The notes under the pieces: model-generated
The model's database searches: none
Told to the model about the DNA's origin: nothing
The model's input: the letters and a program-made list of their open reading frames with translations, nothing else
Made by a program: the position numbers and the translations under genes
NCBI RefSeq assembly: GCF_004010195.1
Contig: NC_057749.1
Span: 6,965,416-7,029,415 of the forward strand
Length of the DNA: 64,000 nt
Direction: 5' to 3'
Source of the DNA: Chiloscyllium plagiosum
Taxonomy: Eukaryota
Shown: positions 62,465 through 64,000 of the stretch, piece after piece
How positions within the stretch are numbered: the stretch's first letter is position 1
Layout of the letters: each line of letters starts with the position of its first letter

Positions 62465-62722
62465 AGTGGCACAGTGGTTAGCAGTGCTGCCTCACAGTAC
62501 CAGGGTGCTGAGTTTGATTTCCACCTTGGGTGACTGTCTGTGTGGAGTTTGCATATTCTCCCCATCTCTGTGAGATTTTTTTCTGGCTTCCTCCCACAGT
62601 CCGAACATATGCAGGTTTGGCGGATTAGTCATGGGTAATGAAGGGGCGGGTGGGATGTTCCTTCGCAGGGACAGTGTGGATGTGATGGGCCAAATGGTGT
62701 CTTTCGACACTGTTGGGGTTCC
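62465..62722 (+). mobile_element. HE1 SINE
   Basis: gtggcacagtggttagcagtgctgcctcacag head and HE1 core. Confidence 0.82.
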
Positions 62723-63323
62723 AAAAGTTGAATTGAGGCCAGAACAGAGCAACCACCATTTTAATGATTGGTGGGATCGGCTTGAGGGACAGAATAGCCT
62801 ATGTATGTTAATTGGCAATGCAATTTCAGGAAGTGTTGTTAAGTCCCTAGTTTGCATGTGCAAGGGTCTAATGCCCAGCATTTATAAACAAGGGAGGTGA
62901 CACACATCCAGTGCAGAACTGCTGTGTGCAAGCCACAAAGCATGCTGGGTGCTCATGTGTCTCTGTACGCCTGTAAAATGGTCCATGAATCATTTCTCAG
63001 TTGAATCCTGTGAATTAATTTTCTCTTTATCGTTCAGGCAGGCAGTGTAGACATGTGTCAATTCCAAGTTGGACAAAGGGCAACCACATTGTCATTGGCC
63101 TGGAGTCATTTGTCAGCCAGACCATGGGTCTGGATGGGATGCTCTTCAGAGGGTCAGTGTGGACTCGATGGGCTGAATGGCCTGCTTCCACACTGTAGGG
63201 AATCTGTAATGCTCTGAGCGAAGCCCACGGCATTGTAAATCTCGGGGTTTCCGGTCTCCAATCCAGTATTCCATCAGGTCACCATCACAGTGCAAGGAAT
63301 GTAAGGAAAGAAAACAACCCAGG

Positions 63324-63608
63324 CCATAGTGAGGCTAGGGTTTAGGATGAAGAAAACATTGGCATAAATAAACATTCAAGTTGGCATGGTGGCTCAGTGG
63401 TTAGCACTGCTGCCTCACAGTGCCAGGGGCCCAGGTTTGATTCCTGCCTCAGGCGACTGTCTATGCCCATAGTGAGGCTAGGGTTTAGGATGAAGAAAAC
63501 ATTGGCATAAATAAACATTCAAGTTGGCACGGTGGCTCAGGGGTTAGCACTGCTGCCTCACAGTGCCAGGGGCCCAGGTTTGATTCCTGCCTCAGGCGAC
63601 TGTCTATG
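63324..63608 (+). repeat. 143-bp tandem duplication of flank plus HE1 5' end (the HE1 continues to ~63787)
   Basis: 63324-63465 versus 63467-63608, two substitutions. Confidence 0.95.
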
Positions 63609-64000
63609 TGGAATTTGCATGTTCTCCCTGTGCCTGTGTGGGGTTCTTCCCACAATCCAAAGATGTGCAGGTTAAGTAAGTTGCCCATAGTCAGGGGTAA
63701 ATGTAGGCGAGCGGGTTACTCTTTGGAGGGTCGGTGTGGACGTTTTGGGCCAAAGGGCCTGTTTCCATAACTATAGATAATCTAAACTATATTATAGTAC
63801 TAGTGGAATGCAAAGCTTCAGCATGGGTTTTCTAACTTATCTCTTTGCAGTTAAAATAAAGAACACTGTCACCTGCAAGGCTATGGACCAACTGCTGAAA
63901 AGTGGGATTAGAATGGCCGGCCACTTTAATAAACTGGTATAGACATGTTGGGCTGAGCGGCCTCTTTCTGAGCTCTCGTTTTTCTATTGATCAAAGTTGT

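Larger units (their letters stand above)
3268..64000 (-). other. Very large intron upstream of the CELF exon (inferred)
   Basis: No preceding CELF exon (GCAFLTYC...QKTLPG) was recognised in the window, and CELF3-6 genes typically have a long intron here. The region is almost all interspersed repeat and non-coding sequence. Confidence 0.65.

Overview
Repeat-dense vertebrate genomic DNA, almost certainly from a shark: it carries many HE1 SINEs, elasmobranch-type CR1 tails and Deu-domain SINE relics. There is one assembly gap (6021-6651). The only host coding sequence I can support is a 49-nt minus-strand exon at 3219-3267 (MNRPIQVKPADSEGRG). It matches the RRM1 end/RRM1-RRM2 linker exon of a CELF3-6 subfamily gene, most likely celf6. 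The rest of the window then reads as intron, with more than 60 kb upstream of this exon. The intron is filled with HE1 and other tRNA-derived SINEs, CR1 fragments, solo LTRs, a Tc1/mariner MITE, a Harbinger relic and Penelope-like elements (PLEs). The most striking signal is a set of minimal hammerhead ribozyme motifs (CUGANGA-stem II-GAAA-palindromic stem III-UH). One sits at the 3' end of a decayed RT/GIY-YIG Penelope. Others sit in at least two families of short, often fold-back, TSD-flanked non-autonomous elements, one of which links directly to a PLE-like ORF start. Other notable structures are a ~450-bp inverted duplication able to form a long intronic hairpin, a tRNA-Arg(ACG)-headed poly(A) SINE, a tiny poly(A) 3'-end retrocopy, and repeated insertion at the same point of one LTR family. 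All calls are from reading by eye; repeat boundaries are approximate and no database searches were run.
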